DNA of 64,000 bases from Nitrospinaceae bacterium (GTDB taxonomy: Bacteria > Nitrospinota > Nitrospinia > Nitrospinales > VA-1), in NCBI GenBank assembly GCA_046754465.1, contig JBHHVU010000003.1, forward strand, positions 1 to 64,000, written 5' to 3'. The position numbers were made by a program, and so were the translations under genes. Positions within the stretch are counted from its first letter, which is position 1. The number at the start of each line of letters is the position of its first letter. Below, in pieces: positions 28,620 through 38,401 of the stretch. Under the pieces are notes generated by a model that did no database searches, was not told where the DNA came from, and saw nothing but the letters and a program-made list of their open reading frames with translations.

Positions 28620-28820
28620 ATGAATCCTGTTGACAGCGCCAGTTCCTCCTCCGGTCTCCCGCAATTGTTTCAAACCGCCGCAACCGCGAAAGCCCTGGAT
28701 GTGCAAAAACAGGAAGGTCAAGCCGCCCTGCAATTGATTCAATCTGCTACGGATGTCGCTCAAACCGCCCTATCTTCCGGTCCCAAAGCCACGGGAAACA
28801 ACGTAGACGTTACCGTCTAA
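28620..28820 (+). CDS. YjfB-family putative motility protein
   Basis: KALDVQKQEGQAALQLIQS...GNNVDVTV; SD AAGGA; sigma28 promoter upstream. Confidence 0.8.
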   Translation: MNPVDSASSSSGLPQLFQTAATAKALDVQKQEGQAALQLIQSATDVAQTALSSGPKATGNNVDVTV

Positions 28821-28980
28821 CCTGTTTCGCGGAGGGGAGATGGGTCCAAGCCGGGATAGCGGTTGGTCTTTTCCAACCCTACCACATAGCTCAACCCCCT
28901 ATCTATCCCGATTCCTCCTATAGCAATTGTCATAACTCCCTGGGGAGGTACTTCCCCCCGGTGCCGTGGGCGCCAGGATT

Positions 28981-29562
28981 CTACCCCCGGGAGTGACCGG
29001 CTTTCAGCCGCTCTATTACCGTTTCCTGCCTGTCCTGGAAAAGGACGTGTTTCCTGTGTTGTTTAATAAATCCCGGCAGACGGGACAGGGGAATCACGTT
29101 GCGGCCGAAATCGCTCTTCAGCCGGGCTCGGGGAAACACCACGGCCGGGATAAACGTGGCGGGGCCGAGGAAGTCCTCCAAGGCATTGACCATCCTTCTG
29201 ACTTCCCAAAGCGGATTGTAAATCGTATCATCGCGCCTGCCGGACTTGATAATCCACTCCCGGTCATTCATCCGGCCGCGGACCTTTCCGGCCTGGTTTT
29301 TTACGAGGATGACGAAGATTCCGTAAGGAGAGACCACGACATGGTCGATCCGGATCATGCCGTTCCGCGCCGGAATCACAATATCTCTCAGCAGGGTATA
29401 TTCTTTTCCCAGCCGGTCGATTTTCGATAAGAGGGAGGGTCCGTTCCCGGCATCTCCCGCCTGGGTTTTGCCTTGCCGGAAAAACAGGGCCAGCAGGCCG
29501 ATAAAGACTGCCAGGCCGGCGAGAATCTTAATCCAATAAACCATCAGAAACTGTTGGGCCAT
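28981..29562 (-). CDS. NERD (nuclease-related domain) protein with N-terminal TM helix
   Basis: IDHVVVSPYGIFVILVKN...YNPL. The usual E-x-K is L-x-K here, so it may be inactive. Confidence 0.8.
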   Translation of the reverse strand: MAQQFLMVYWIKILAGLAVFIGLLALFFRQGKTQAGDAGNGPSLLSKIDRLGKEYTLLRDIVIPARNGMIRIDHVVVSPYGIFVILVKNQAGKVRGRMNDREWIIKSGRRDDTIYNPLWEVRRMVNALEDFLGPATFIPAVVFPRARLKSDFGRNVIPLSRLPGFIKQHRKHVLFQDRQETVIERLKAGHSRG

Positions 29563-29797
29563 TTAAAATTATCCGGGTTAGAATGGTTGCGAACACCCCT
29601 TTAAGAGGTCCTCTAATAATTCGATATTTTTCTTCCAGGCAACTCGCTGGCCCTTATTTTATAAGGGCCGCTCATGGCCCAAAGCATTTTTTAGAGGTGC
29701 CCTTTAATTTACCATTGATAATGGATACCGCCCCTATTTTTACATTCCCGTTGGAGGGACCCTAACATAGAAACGAATTCGAGGGAAAAGGAAGACC

Positions 29798-30355
29798 ATG
29801 AAAATTACAGCCAGAAAACTCAAGGATTATCCCTGGTACCTTCAGCCCTTTTTCTGGAACCAACGCCGCAAATATGGGGCCGTTCTGGATGCCGCCCTCC
29901 TTTGGGCTCGGGTGCCAAAGCTCTTCATCGCCGTCGCTCTCCTTTATGGGGTGATCGACCGGAAAAGCTCGCCCTTGAACCCGGTCCTTCGGGCTCTCGT
30001 CACCATCAAGGTATCCCAGATCAACGGGTGCGCCTTCTGCGTGGATATCAATTCAGCTACTTTATTGAAACGCGGAGTTTCGATGGACAAATTGGAAGCT
30101 TTGCCAACGTGGAGGGACAGCGGTCTTTTCGATGAAGGGGAACGTGTGGCCCTGGAGGTTGCCGAAAAGATCACCCGAACGGACCTCCAGGTAGACGATG
30201 ACTGCATGGCCCTTCTCAGACAGCATTTTGATGAGGATGAAATCGTTGAACTTACCGGCTTGATCGCTTTTCAGAACATGTCCAGTAAATTCAACAGCGC
30301 CTTAGGGGTCCCTTCTCAAGGTTTCTGCAAAATTCCACCATCGGAGCCTCGCTGA
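29798..30355 (+). CDS. Carboxymuconolactone decarboxylase/AhpD-family protein
   Basis: VSQINGCAFCVDIN, FDEDEIVELT...FQNMSSKFN. Confidence 0.9.
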   Translation: MKITARKLKDYPWYLQPFFWNQRRKYGAVLDAALLWARVPKLFIAVALLYGVIDRKSSPLNPVLRALVTIKVSQINGCAFCVDINSATLLKRGVSMDKLEALPTWRDSGLFDEGERVALEVAEKITRTDLQVDDDCMALLRQHFDEDEIVELTGLIAFQNMSSKFNSALGVPSQGFCKIPPSEPR

Positions 30356-30628
30356 CCCTTGAGACCGGTGGATGAAAGGCCGCGGCCCCTTGTGGCAGGG
30401 GCTTGGGGCAACTTTGATATGGAATGGCTAATTTGCCTTCAAGGGTTCATCATAATAGCCGGTTTTTTTGGAAACAGAACAGGCCAAAGGGTTTCCATGG
30501 AGTCCCAAAACGGCTAATGAAAATGTATTTTATTTGGGTATTCCATTATTTGTTTGTTATTATTTTATTTCAGGGACGCGTGTTTTATGAGCAAAAGATA
30601 AAAGAAATATTGCCAAAGGTTCCCGCAG

Positions 30629-30928
30629 TTGACGAAGAAAAATAAATTCCTGATAGCGGTTGCCGTTTTTTTTGTGATTTCACTTTTATCGGTCAACCTT
30701 TCCGCCTCACCCCTGCACCAAATGGATAATTCCCATTGCATGCAGCAAACGATCTGCCATAATTGTTTCCTCTCAGTAACCGTCGATACTTGGGATTCCA
30801 ATTTTTCCTCCGCGGATTATTCTCCCGTTTCACCGGCTTTCAGTAATTTTGAGTCGCGATCCATCATTCCCAACCCACCGCCTCCAAAAAAATCGACCCG
30901 CCTCAAACAACTCATAAAAATCCTATAA
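30629..30928 (+). CDS. Small exported Cys/His protein with C-terminal polyproline (DUF2946/CutF-like leader peptide candidate)
   Basis: TTG start, signal peptide, HCMQQTICHNC, PNPPPPKK; directly upstream of the copper oxidase. Confidence 0.6.
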   Translation: MTKKNKFLIAVAVFFVISLLSVNLSASPLHQMDNSHCMQQTICHNCFLSVTVDTWDSNFSSADYSPVSPAFSNFESRSIIPNPPPPKKSTRLKQLIKIL

Positions 30929-31019
30929 ATCAAAATTTGTTCAGTTTCCTGGAAATCCTGGTCCGGATGGTTATCAGACCCTTCAGGGCTTCGGGCCGAA
31001 CCTGAAAAGGAAAAATAAC

Positions 31020-32291
31020 ATGAGGATTTATTGCTGGTTCAGGAAGGGTTTTCCTTTCTTCCTGGTATTTATAATTTTTGAAATTAGTTTTGTCTCCAAT
31101 GTCCAATCCGGAGAAATGACAGAACCAAAAATGGATGCCATGGGACATGGGGACCTCAAAATATCTGACCACCCGGGTCATCCCATGGCCATCGGGAAGC
31201 CCATGGAAATGGCCCGTCCCGTCCGTATTGAGGAAGGAAAAATATATTCCCCGCCCCCCCCGTTGATGGGGAAACAGATGGGAACGGTGGAAACCCTCAA
31301 TGTTCCGCCTCTCGGTTACGAGCTGGACGGCAAGGTAAAAGTGTTCAGATTAATTGCCCAACCCATGGAAAACGTGTTCACCGATGGAAACCTCATGGAC
31401 CAATCCATCATTCCCGCCATGAATCGTTTTACGGGGGGCATGGGAAATATGTTGAACCTCAAACAAAAAGGGATTGTTTGGGGTTACAACGGATCCATGC
31501 CCGGTCCCACCATTGAAGCCACGGAGGGCGAAACGATTCGCATCATCTTGAAAAACGAACTCCCCGAACCGACTTCCATTCATTGGCATGGATTAGAAGT
31601 TCCTAATAAACAAGATGGGTCGGGTGGAGTGACCGAAGGCGTCACCTTACCCGGCGAAACCCATGTTTACGAATTCACTCTTTACCAAAGCGGCACCTTC
31701 ATGTATCACACCGGTTTCAACGTCATGAAACAGGATGGCCTTGGCCTCGGCGGTTTAGTGGTTATCCACCCCAGGGAGGAGAAAAACAAACCGGACAGGG
31801 AATTCGCCATCATGCTGCAGGAGTGGACGTTTCAACCTGGCAATCCCAATCCCAACCTCACCTCCATGGCGTTTAATTGGTTTACGTTCAACGGCAAGAG
31901 CGCTCCAAATATAGACATCATGAAAATCAATCAGGGAGAGCGGGTGCGCATCCGTCTGGGTAATCTCAGCATGCAAAGTCATCCCATTCATATTCATGGT
32001 TATACCTGGAACGTCGTAGGAACGGAAGGAGGCCCCATCCCGGAAGCGGCGCAATTGCCAGGAGCCACGGTCAACGTCGCCCCCGGCACCACCCGGGATG
32101 TCGAATTTGTAGCCTGGAACCCCGGAGTCTGGCGCTTTCATTGTCATAAACTGCATCACATTATGAACGCCATGGCAGACAGGCCCATGGGAATCATGCC
32201 GCATGGAGGTATGTTCACCTTGATTCATGTTGAGCCTATGGATTCCAAGGTCAAATGGTCGCATTCGAAACGGTTGGAGGAAAAACCATGA
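31020..32291 (+). CDS. Two-domain multicopper oxidase
   Basis: GSMPGPTIEA, HWHG, MYHTG, HPIHIHG, WRFHCHKLHHIMN; Met-rich N-terminus. Confidence 0.92.
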   Translation: MRIYCWFRKGFPFFLVFIIFEISFVSNVQSGEMTEPKMDAMGHGDLKISDHPGHPMAIGKPMEMARPVRIEEGKIYSPPPPLMGKQMGTVETLNVPPLGYELDGKVKVFRLIAQPMENVFTDGNLMDQSIIPAMNRFTGGMGNMLNLKQKGIVWGYNGSMPGPTIEATEGETIRIILKNELPEPTSIHWHGLEVPNKQDGSGGVTEGVTLPGETHVYEFTLYQSGTFMYHTGFNVMKQDGLGLGGLVVIHPREEKNKPDREFAIMLQEWTFQPGNPNPNLTSMAFNWFTFNGKSAPNIDIMKINQGERVRIRLGNLSMQSHPIHIHGYTWNVVGTEGGPIPEAAQLPGATVNVAPGTTRDVEFVAWNPGVWRFHCHKLHHIMNAMADRPMGIMPHGGMFTLIHVEPMDSKVKWSHSKRLEEKP

Positions 32292-33643
32292 AATTTTCCC
32301 GGCTATGCATTGTATTGACGATTCCTTTCCTGGTCACCGCATGCGCCACCGTAAACCCACAAAAAGATTTCGATGCTGTGGCACTATCGAGTAAAAAGAA
32401 AACCGGCTATCCCGTCACCTGGCAGCAAACCCCGAAAGAGGAAGAGCAGACGAAATTGGCCGTGAAGGAACTATTGAATAACGGAATCAGCCAGGACGAA
32501 GCAATCCGCATTGCCTTGATAAACAATCAGGATCTTCAAGCCAAGTTTGAGTTTCTGGGTATTGCCAGGGCGGATATCATCCAGGCGGGTCTATATTCCA
32601 ATCCTTCGGTGGGCGCCCTGTTTGAGTTTCCCGTCAAAGGTTCCTTCGGCGTCGGCCCGGACCTCGACCTTCTGTTTTCCCTGTCCGATCTGTGGAACGT
32701 CCCTCTCCGGCGTAAAATAGCGATGTTCGACGGCCAGAAAGTCACCCTGCAGGTGATCCAGGAAATTCTTAACACCGCCGCGGCGGCGCGCAATGCCTTC
32801 AATGAAGTTCTTTTTCAAAAGGAACTGATCGTATTCACGAGAAAAAATATTCAGTTACTCCAAAAGACCCTGGAAAAAACCAAGGTGTACTACGAGTCGG
32901 GTTTTTTTAGGGATATGGACCTCTATCTCGCGGAGAGTTTTCTTTACGAGGAAAAGTTGGCCCTGGCCAAGGCCGAGGCCGACCTTAACAACGCCCGGGC
33001 CGAACTGATGCGGCAATTGGGGCTTGACCCGCTGGCGCCGGATATCACCCCGCGCGGGGAATTGGAAGAAACACAACCCGTCGATTTGACTCCGGCAAAA
33101 GCGTGGAACTTTGCCTATGATAACCGGCTGGATCTGAAAATTTCCCGTTTCCAGATCGAACAGTCGAAGTGGGTTCTCAAACTGCAAAAAGCACGGATAT
33201 ATGGGGATGTGAATCTGGGCGGGAATTACACCCGAGAATTGGATAATTTAAAAACTTTTGGTCCGCTTCTATCATTCCAAATCCCTGTTTTTGATCAAAA
33301 TCAGGGGGGCATAGCGCGCGCCCAATACCAACTACATCAAGCCGAAAAAATTCTGGCCGCCAATGAAACCGCCGCCAAGGAGGAAATCCGCCGATTGATT
33401 AGTGAACTGAAGGTTCAACACCACAAAGCCACGCTGCTTCGCGATAAAATTTTGATCCTGGATAAAAAATCGGAGGAATACGCGGAAAAATATTTCAACG
33501 CCATGCAACTGAATGCCTTCTTTCTCATTGAAGCCCGCCGCCGAGTTTTTAATACCTACCGCGGTTATTTGCAAGCGCGGCGGGATTACCGGCGGATAAA
33601 ATCGAAACTAAAATTAGCGCTTGGAGGAACCCTGCCCGATTGA
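32288..33643 (+). CDS. TolC-family outer-membrane lipoprotein of copper oxidase operons
   Basis: Lipobox VTAC, AIRIALINNQDLQA, QAGLYSNP, IPVFDQNQG; ATGA overlap with the oxidase stop. Confidence 0.88.
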   Translation: MKFSRLCIVLTIPFLVTACATVNPQKDFDAVALSSKKKTGYPVTWQQTPKEEEQTKLAVKELLNNGISQDEAIRIALINNQDLQAKFEFLGIARADIIQAGLYSNPSVGALFEFPVKGSFGVGPDLDLLFSLSDLWNVPLRRKIAMFDGQKVTLQVIQEILNTAAAARNAFNEVLFQKELIVFTRKNIQLLQKTLEKTKVYYESGFFRDMDLYLAESFLYEEKLALAKAEADLNNARAELMRQLGLDPLAPDITPRGELEETQPVDLTPAKAWNFAYDNRLDLKISRFQIEQSKWVLKLQKARIYGDVNLGGNYTRELDNLKTFGPLLSFQIPVFDQNQGGIARAQYQLHQAEKILAANETAAKEEIRRLISELKVQHHKATLLRDKILILDKKSEEYAEKYFNAMQLNAFFLIEARRRVFNTYRGYLQARRDYRRIKSKLKLALGGTLPD

Positions 33644-33652
33644 ACAAAGGGG

Positions 33653-35326
33653 TCATGCAAACGGGTCGGGGGGCTCAAAACTTTTTTTTCCGGGTGGGGG
33701 AGGGGCGGATGCCTTTTCGCCGGAGGGCAGGGTTTCCGCCAGATCGAATTTCATGCCCGAACCGGCGGGAAACAGTTGCGGGGAAGTTTTTTGCGGGGCA
33801 TGGGGAATCGCCCACAGGGCCTCGCGGAATTTTTTCAGGGCCGTCAGGGTCACCGGACCCCGGAGGGGCAATTCCTCCCGGACCGACCGCGCCGCCCGCC
33901 GGCCGAATACGGTGATGTCGAGAAGGGAATTGCCCATCAGCCGGTTGGTTCCGTGCAATCCGCCGGTGACCTCTCCGGCGGCCCAAAGTCCTCGCAGTTC
34001 CGTCCGGCAGTCCCGGTCGATCTGGATACCCCCGTTCTGGTAATGCAGGGTGGGGTAGACCAAAAGGGGTTGCATGGAGGGATCGATCCCGTATCGCGCG
34101 AACCGGTGGATCAATCCCGGAAACTGCCGCCGCAGGGCGCCCTGGCCCTGTTTCAGGTCGATGAGCGGCGTGTCCAGCCATACCCCGGCGCGTTGGGTGG
34201 GAGTCTGCACACCCCGTTTTTCCACCACCTCGCGGATGATGGCGGCGGCCAGAACGTCGCGGTAGGCCATTTCATCGATGAACCGCTCCCCTTCCGCGTT
34301 GAGCACCTGCGCGCCGATGGACCGGATCGATTCGGTGACCAGTTGCCCGGCCAGGGCTTCCGGATAGCAGGCCCCCGAGGGATGGTACTGGTAACTGTCC
34401 AAATGGATCAACCCGCAGCCCTGACGATAAGCAAGGACGAGTCCGTCCCCGGTCGCACCCACATGATTGCTGGTGGGAAATCCCTGGAGGCGCAGCTGGC
34501 CGCTGCCGCCCGTCGCCAGGATCACCCCCCTCGCGGAGACGGTGACCAACCGGCCCTTCCGCCGGTCCCAAAGCACGGCGCCGGTAACCTGCCCGTTCCC
34601 GTCATCCAGCAATTCCACCGCCGCATGCTCCTCCAATATATGGGTGCCCGTTGTGCGGACGGCATCCTTGAGCACACGCATGATTTCTAGTCCGGTATAA
34701 TCCCTGCAAGCGAGGACCCGTGGAACAGACGTGCCGCCGCCGGGGCGCAAGCGAAAGGTCCCGTCCTCGTTCTGATCGAAATGGCAGCCCAGTCGGGTCA
34801 GCCAGCGGATACTTTCGGGTCCGCTTTCGCAAAGGAGACGCAGCATTTGCGGGTCATTGTTCCCATGGCCGCCAACAAGGGAATCCGCGAAATGGCGCCG
34901 GGGAGAATCTTTCAATCCCAGCGCGGCCTGGATACCCCCTTCCGCCATGACGGTATTGGAATCGCCCAGGCGGAGTTTGGTGGCCAGGTGGATGGCAAGT
35001 CCGGAACCTTCCAAAGTCAGCGCGGCGGCCACCCCGGCGCCGCCGCCGCCGAGGATCAACACATCGGCGACCAGGTCGATTGTGGGTTCAAACGTTTCCG
35101 GCAGAGGACTGTCCGACTCCAGCAGCTCGGCCAGTTCCAAGGGAAATTTTTGGGTCCCGGCATTAGGGCCGGCACGCACCTGCCGCTCCATGCCGAGGTA
35201 ATCGGGATGAAACTCCTTGAGCAGCCCTTCCGCCGCGTCCTCCCCCAACCGGGGAGGGGACGAGTCCAACCGGGCCCGGCGGGTGGCGGTGACTTTTTCC
35301 AGGGAATCCTTCGCCCAGTCCCTCAT
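33653..35326 (-). CDS. frdA: Fumarate reductase/succinate dehydrogenase-family flavoprotein, soluble type
   Basis: GGGGAG, SNTVMAEGG, YQYHP, TESIR, RDVLA, TLHYQNGG, HGTNRLMGNSL. Start ATG 35326 overlaps the upstream TGA. Confidence 0.8.
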   Translation of the reverse strand: MRDWAKDSLEKVTATRRARLDSSPPRLGEDAAEGLLKEFHPDYLGMERQVRAGPNAGTQKFPLELAELLESDSPLPETFEPTIDLVADVLILGGGGAGVAAALTLEGSGLAIHLATKLRLGDSNTVMAEGGIQAALGLKDSPRRHFADSLVGGHGNNDPQMLRLLCESGPESIRWLTRLGCHFDQNEDGTFRLRPGGGTSVPRVLACRDYTGLEIMRVLKDAVRTTGTHILEEHAAVELLDDGNGQVTGAVLWDRRKGRLVTVSARGVILATGGSGQLRLQGFPTSNHVGATGDGLVLAYRQGCGLIHLDSYQYHPSGACYPEALAGQLVTESIRSIGAQVLNAEGERFIDEMAYRDVLAAAIIREVVEKRGVQTPTQRAGVWLDTPLIDLKQGQGALRRQFPGLIHRFARYGIDPSMQPLLVYPTLHYQNGGIQIDRDCRTELRGLWAAGEVTGGLHGTNRLMGNSLLDITVFGRRAARSVREELPLRGPVTLTALKKFREALWAIPHAPQKTSPQLFPAGSGMKFDLAETLPSGEKASAPPPPGKKSFEPPDPFA

Positions 35327-36000
35327 TCCCCCGCCCTCCCGTGTTCGCGAAAATATTGGGCCCGCCGCAATCGCTTCTCCCGGTCGCCGGTCAGCAGATA
35401 CATCCATTCCCTTTCCGAATCCTCTCCGTGTTCGGGAACCGGGACTTGGTCCAAGGAGGGGTTGTCGCGGCTGATGCCCAGGGACCGCCGCACCCACAGT
35501 CCCATATTGTGCGGCTGCACCCGGTCCTCGCAGACCAACCGGCACAAGCCACAATGGATGCAGGTGGTGAAATCCTCCGCCACCGCCTCGAGCTTGCCCT
35601 CCTGCATCCGCAGAACCGAATCCATGACGGGGATGGCCATGGGACACGCCGTGGTACAGCTCCCGCATTTGGTGCACCGGTCCAGGGTGGGGAAGGCCGA
35701 CCGCAATTTTTCCGCCGAGGGGTCCGGCTGTGGGATTAGGGAAGGAGCGGAGTCAACGGGACAGGGGAACACCTCCATCCCCGCCTCCACGGGACGCAGG
35801 CAGGCGAGATCGGTTCCGCCGCCCGGCCTGCCATCCTTCAAGCGGATGGTCACAGTGCATGCGCCGCAAACACCGCCGACACAGCCGGTCTTCACCGCGT
35901 CGCCCATCCCGGCGGCCCACAGGGCATGAATGATGGTTTCTCCGGGTATGGCTTTAATGGCTTTTCCCGAAACGGTAATCTCCAGCGTCCTCTCTTCCAT
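35323..36000 (-). CDS. frdB: Iron-sulfur subunit ([2Fe-2S] + 2x[4Fe-4S]) partnering the flavoprotein
   Basis: GCVGGVCGAC...LAC; CTKCGSCTTACP; CIHCGLCRLVC. Confidence 0.8.
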   Translation of the reverse strand: MEERTLEITVSGKAIKAIPGETIIHALWAAGMGDAVKTGCVGGVCGACTVTIRLKDGRPGGGTDLACLRPVEAGMEVFPCPVDSAPSLIPQPDPSAEKLRSAFPTLDRCTKCGSCTTACPMAIPVMDSVLRMQEGKLEAVAEDFTTCIHCGLCRLVCEDRVQPHNMGLWVRRSLGISRDNPSLDQVPVPEHGEDSEREWMYLLTGDREKRLRRAQYFREHGRAGE

Positions 36001-36400
36001 CAGCCATCACCTTTGATTATTTTAAACGGCGATGCCAACGGCACCGTTAAACAAAGCCTCATTTATCATAAACCCTAATGTTTCCCTTCTATCATAAACC
36101 CATGCCTCCCCCTGTGCAAACGCAGCTAATAAAGCTGGAGGGCAATCAGCGTGGGGGGGAATTGAACGATCAGACCGGAGATGATGGCAATGGCCAAGGG
36201 TTGAAGAATATGGGAAGCCCCATGACCTGATTAAAAACCAATCGATGTTCATGGGTCTGCTGCTTGAGACCGAGTAAATTGAGATTGCCCCGGTTCAAGG
36301 CGGTCTGGGCGGCGGCCTTGCCAGCTTCCGGGGATTGTTGCCCCTCTCCGGAATCTGTGCTAAATTAGCGGAAGATTCTTAACTTCAAGGCATTTGAACT

Positions 36401-37156
36401 ATGTCCGGACATTCCAAGTGGGCCAGCATCAAGCATAAAAAGGGCGCGCTCGACGCCAAACGCGGGAAGATATTCACCCGAATCATCAAGGAAATCACCG
36501 TGGCCGCCCGGCTCGGCGGCGGCGATATCGACGGCAACCCCCGCCTGCGCACGGCGGTCGCCGCGGCCAAGGCGGCCAACATGCCGCAGGACAATATCAA
36601 CCGCGCCATCAAAAAAGGCACCGGCGAACTGGAAGGCACCCATTATGAAGAGGTGACCTACGAGGGGTACGGCCCCGGCGGGGCCGCCATCTTCATGGAA
36701 GTGGTGACCGACAACAAAAACCGGACCGTCAGCGAGATCCGGGCCCTGCTCGGGAAAAGAGGCGGCAACATGGGAGAGAACGGGTGCGTCGCCTGGATAT
36801 TCGAACAAAAAGGGTTCATCTCCGTCCCCGCCAGTGAAAAAGGAGAAGATGAACTGTTGGAACTGGCCCTGGAAGCCGGGGCCGAGGATATGAAAACCGT
36901 CGACGGCCGTTATGAAATCATCACCGCCGTGGAAAATTTCGAGGCGGTCCGCAAGTCTCTGGAAGATCACGGGGTCAAGATGGAAACCGCCGAATTGACG
37001 CGGATCCCCCAAAACACGGTGCCCATCGATGAAAAACACGGCAAACAGCTCCTGCGCTTGATGGACGCCCTGGAAGACCATGACGACATCCAGAAAGTCT
37101 ATTCCAATTTCGACATTCCCGACGAAATACTGGCCGCGATTGAAAATGAATCCTGA
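36401..37156 (+). CDS. yebC: YebC/PmpR-family protein
   Basis: [31 protein letters not shown]. Confidence 0.97.
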   Translation: MSGHSKWASIKHKKGALDAKRGKIFTRIIKEITVAARLGGGDIDGNPRLRTAVAAAKAANMPQDNINRAIKKGTGELEGTHYEEVTYEGYGPGGAAIFMEVVTDNKNRTVSEIRALLGKRGGNMGENGCVAWIFEQKGFISVPASEKGEDELLELALEAGAEDMKTVDGRYEIITAVENFEAVRKSLEDHGVKMETAELTRIPQNTVPIDEKHGKQLLRLMDALEDHDDIQKVYSNFDIPDEILAAIENES

Positions 37157-37244
37157 TCTGTCCACAGCTGGCACCAAAATGGGATCGCTCTATTTATAAT
37201 CCCGAAGGCCAGCATCCTAAAACACAACTTCCAGTCCAGAAAAC

Positions 37245-37778
37245 ATGAGAGTGATGGGAATCGACCCGGGAAGCAACATCACCGGATACGGAATCGTGGA
37301 AGAACGGGATGACCGCCTCTGGGCGCTTCACTGGGGAAGCGTCCGCAACAATCCCAAACAGCCCTTTCCCGACCGGTTGAAACTGATATACAATGATCTG
37401 ATCAAGGTGATCCGGCAATTCTCACCCGACGTGGTGGCGGTGGAAGACCTGTTTTTCGCCAAGAACGTCAAGTCCGCCCTCAAACTGGGCCAGACCCGCG
37501 GGGCCACCTTGCTCGCCGCGGTCAACGAGAACAAGGCCGTCGCCGAGTACAGTCCGCTGGAGGTCAAGCAGTCGGTCGTGGGTTACGGCCGAGCCGATAA
37601 AATTCAGGTGCAGGACATGGTCACCGTGCTACTCAAACTCCAGACCAAACCCCAACCCTTTGACGCGGCGGATGCCCTGGCCATCGCCATCTGCCACATC
37701 CACACCGCGGGAGTCACCACCCGAACGGGCACCGCCCCAACGGGCATCACCCGAACCGGCCGTTTCCGAAACCGGTAA
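37245..37778 (+). CDS. ruvC: Holliday junction resolvase
   Basis: GIDPG, AVEDLF, VGYGRADK, DAADALAIAICH. Confidence 0.97.
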   Translation: MRVMGIDPGSNITGYGIVEERDDRLWALHWGSVRNNPKQPFPDRLKLIYNDLIKVIRQFSPDVVAVEDLFFAKNVKSALKLGQTRGATLLAAVNENKAVAEYSPLEVKQSVVGYGRADKIQVQDMVTVLLKLQTKPQPFDAADALAIAICHIHTAGVTTRTGTAPTGITRTGRFRNR

Positions 37779-37788
37779 GCCGCACAAA

Positions 37789-38385
37789 ATGATCGCCCAT
37801 CTCAAAGGAAGCCTGAAACACAAATCACCCATCTACATCATCGTCGACGTTCAGGGGGTGGGCTACCAGGTCCATGTGCCTCTCTCCACCTATTACGCGC
37901 TCCCGGAACCGGGAGAACCGGTGTCCGTGCATATCCACACCCACCTTCGCGAGGACACCCTGAAACTGTTCGGCTTCCTCACGGAAGAGGAGCAGATGAT
38001 TTTCGAGAAACTCATCACCATCAGCAAAGTGGGACCCAAACTGGCATTGTCAATTCTTTCCGGGATGTCTCCGAGGGATCTTTTGTCCGCCGTCATGGAT
38101 CAGGATGTCGTCCGCATCAGCGGCATACCGGGCGTCGGACGCAAAACCGCCGAGCGGCTGACCCTGGAGTTGAAGGATAAATTGTCGCACCTGTCCCTGG
38201 AATTCGCTCACTCCCCCGGCCCCGGAGTCAACATCGGCATCCTCGACGATGCCCTTTCCGCCCTCGTCAACCTGGGGTACAAAAAAGCCCCGGCGGAAAA
38301 AGCACTGAAATCCTTGTGGGACCAGAACGGAAACGATATCTCCCTGGAAGATCTGATCAAGGAAAGTTTAAACCTGTTATCCTGA
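37789..38385 (+). CDS. ruvA: Holliday junction DNA-binding protein
   Basis: [33 protein letters not shown]. Confidence 0.97.
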   Translation: MIAHLKGSLKHKSPIYIIVDVQGVGYQVHVPLSTYYALPEPGEPVSVHIHTHLREDTLKLFGFLTEEEQMIFEKLITISKVGPKLALSILSGMSPRDLLSAVMDQDVVRISGIPGVGRKTAERLTLELKDKLSHLSLEFAHSPGPGVNIGILDDALSALVNLGYKKAPAEKALKSLWDQNGNDISLEDLIKESLNLLS

Positions 38386-38401
38386 AAGCGGGCAAGGAAC
38401 C

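Noticed and set aside
35327..35677. N-terminal extension of the flavoprotein ORF
   Set aside because: Overlaps the Fe-S subunit gene out of frame; ATG 35326 has an SD and an ATGA coupling.
36022..36252. 76-aa ORF upstream of the Fe-S subunit
   Set aside because: No recognisable family and atypical composition; may be a remnant, but I cannot support it.
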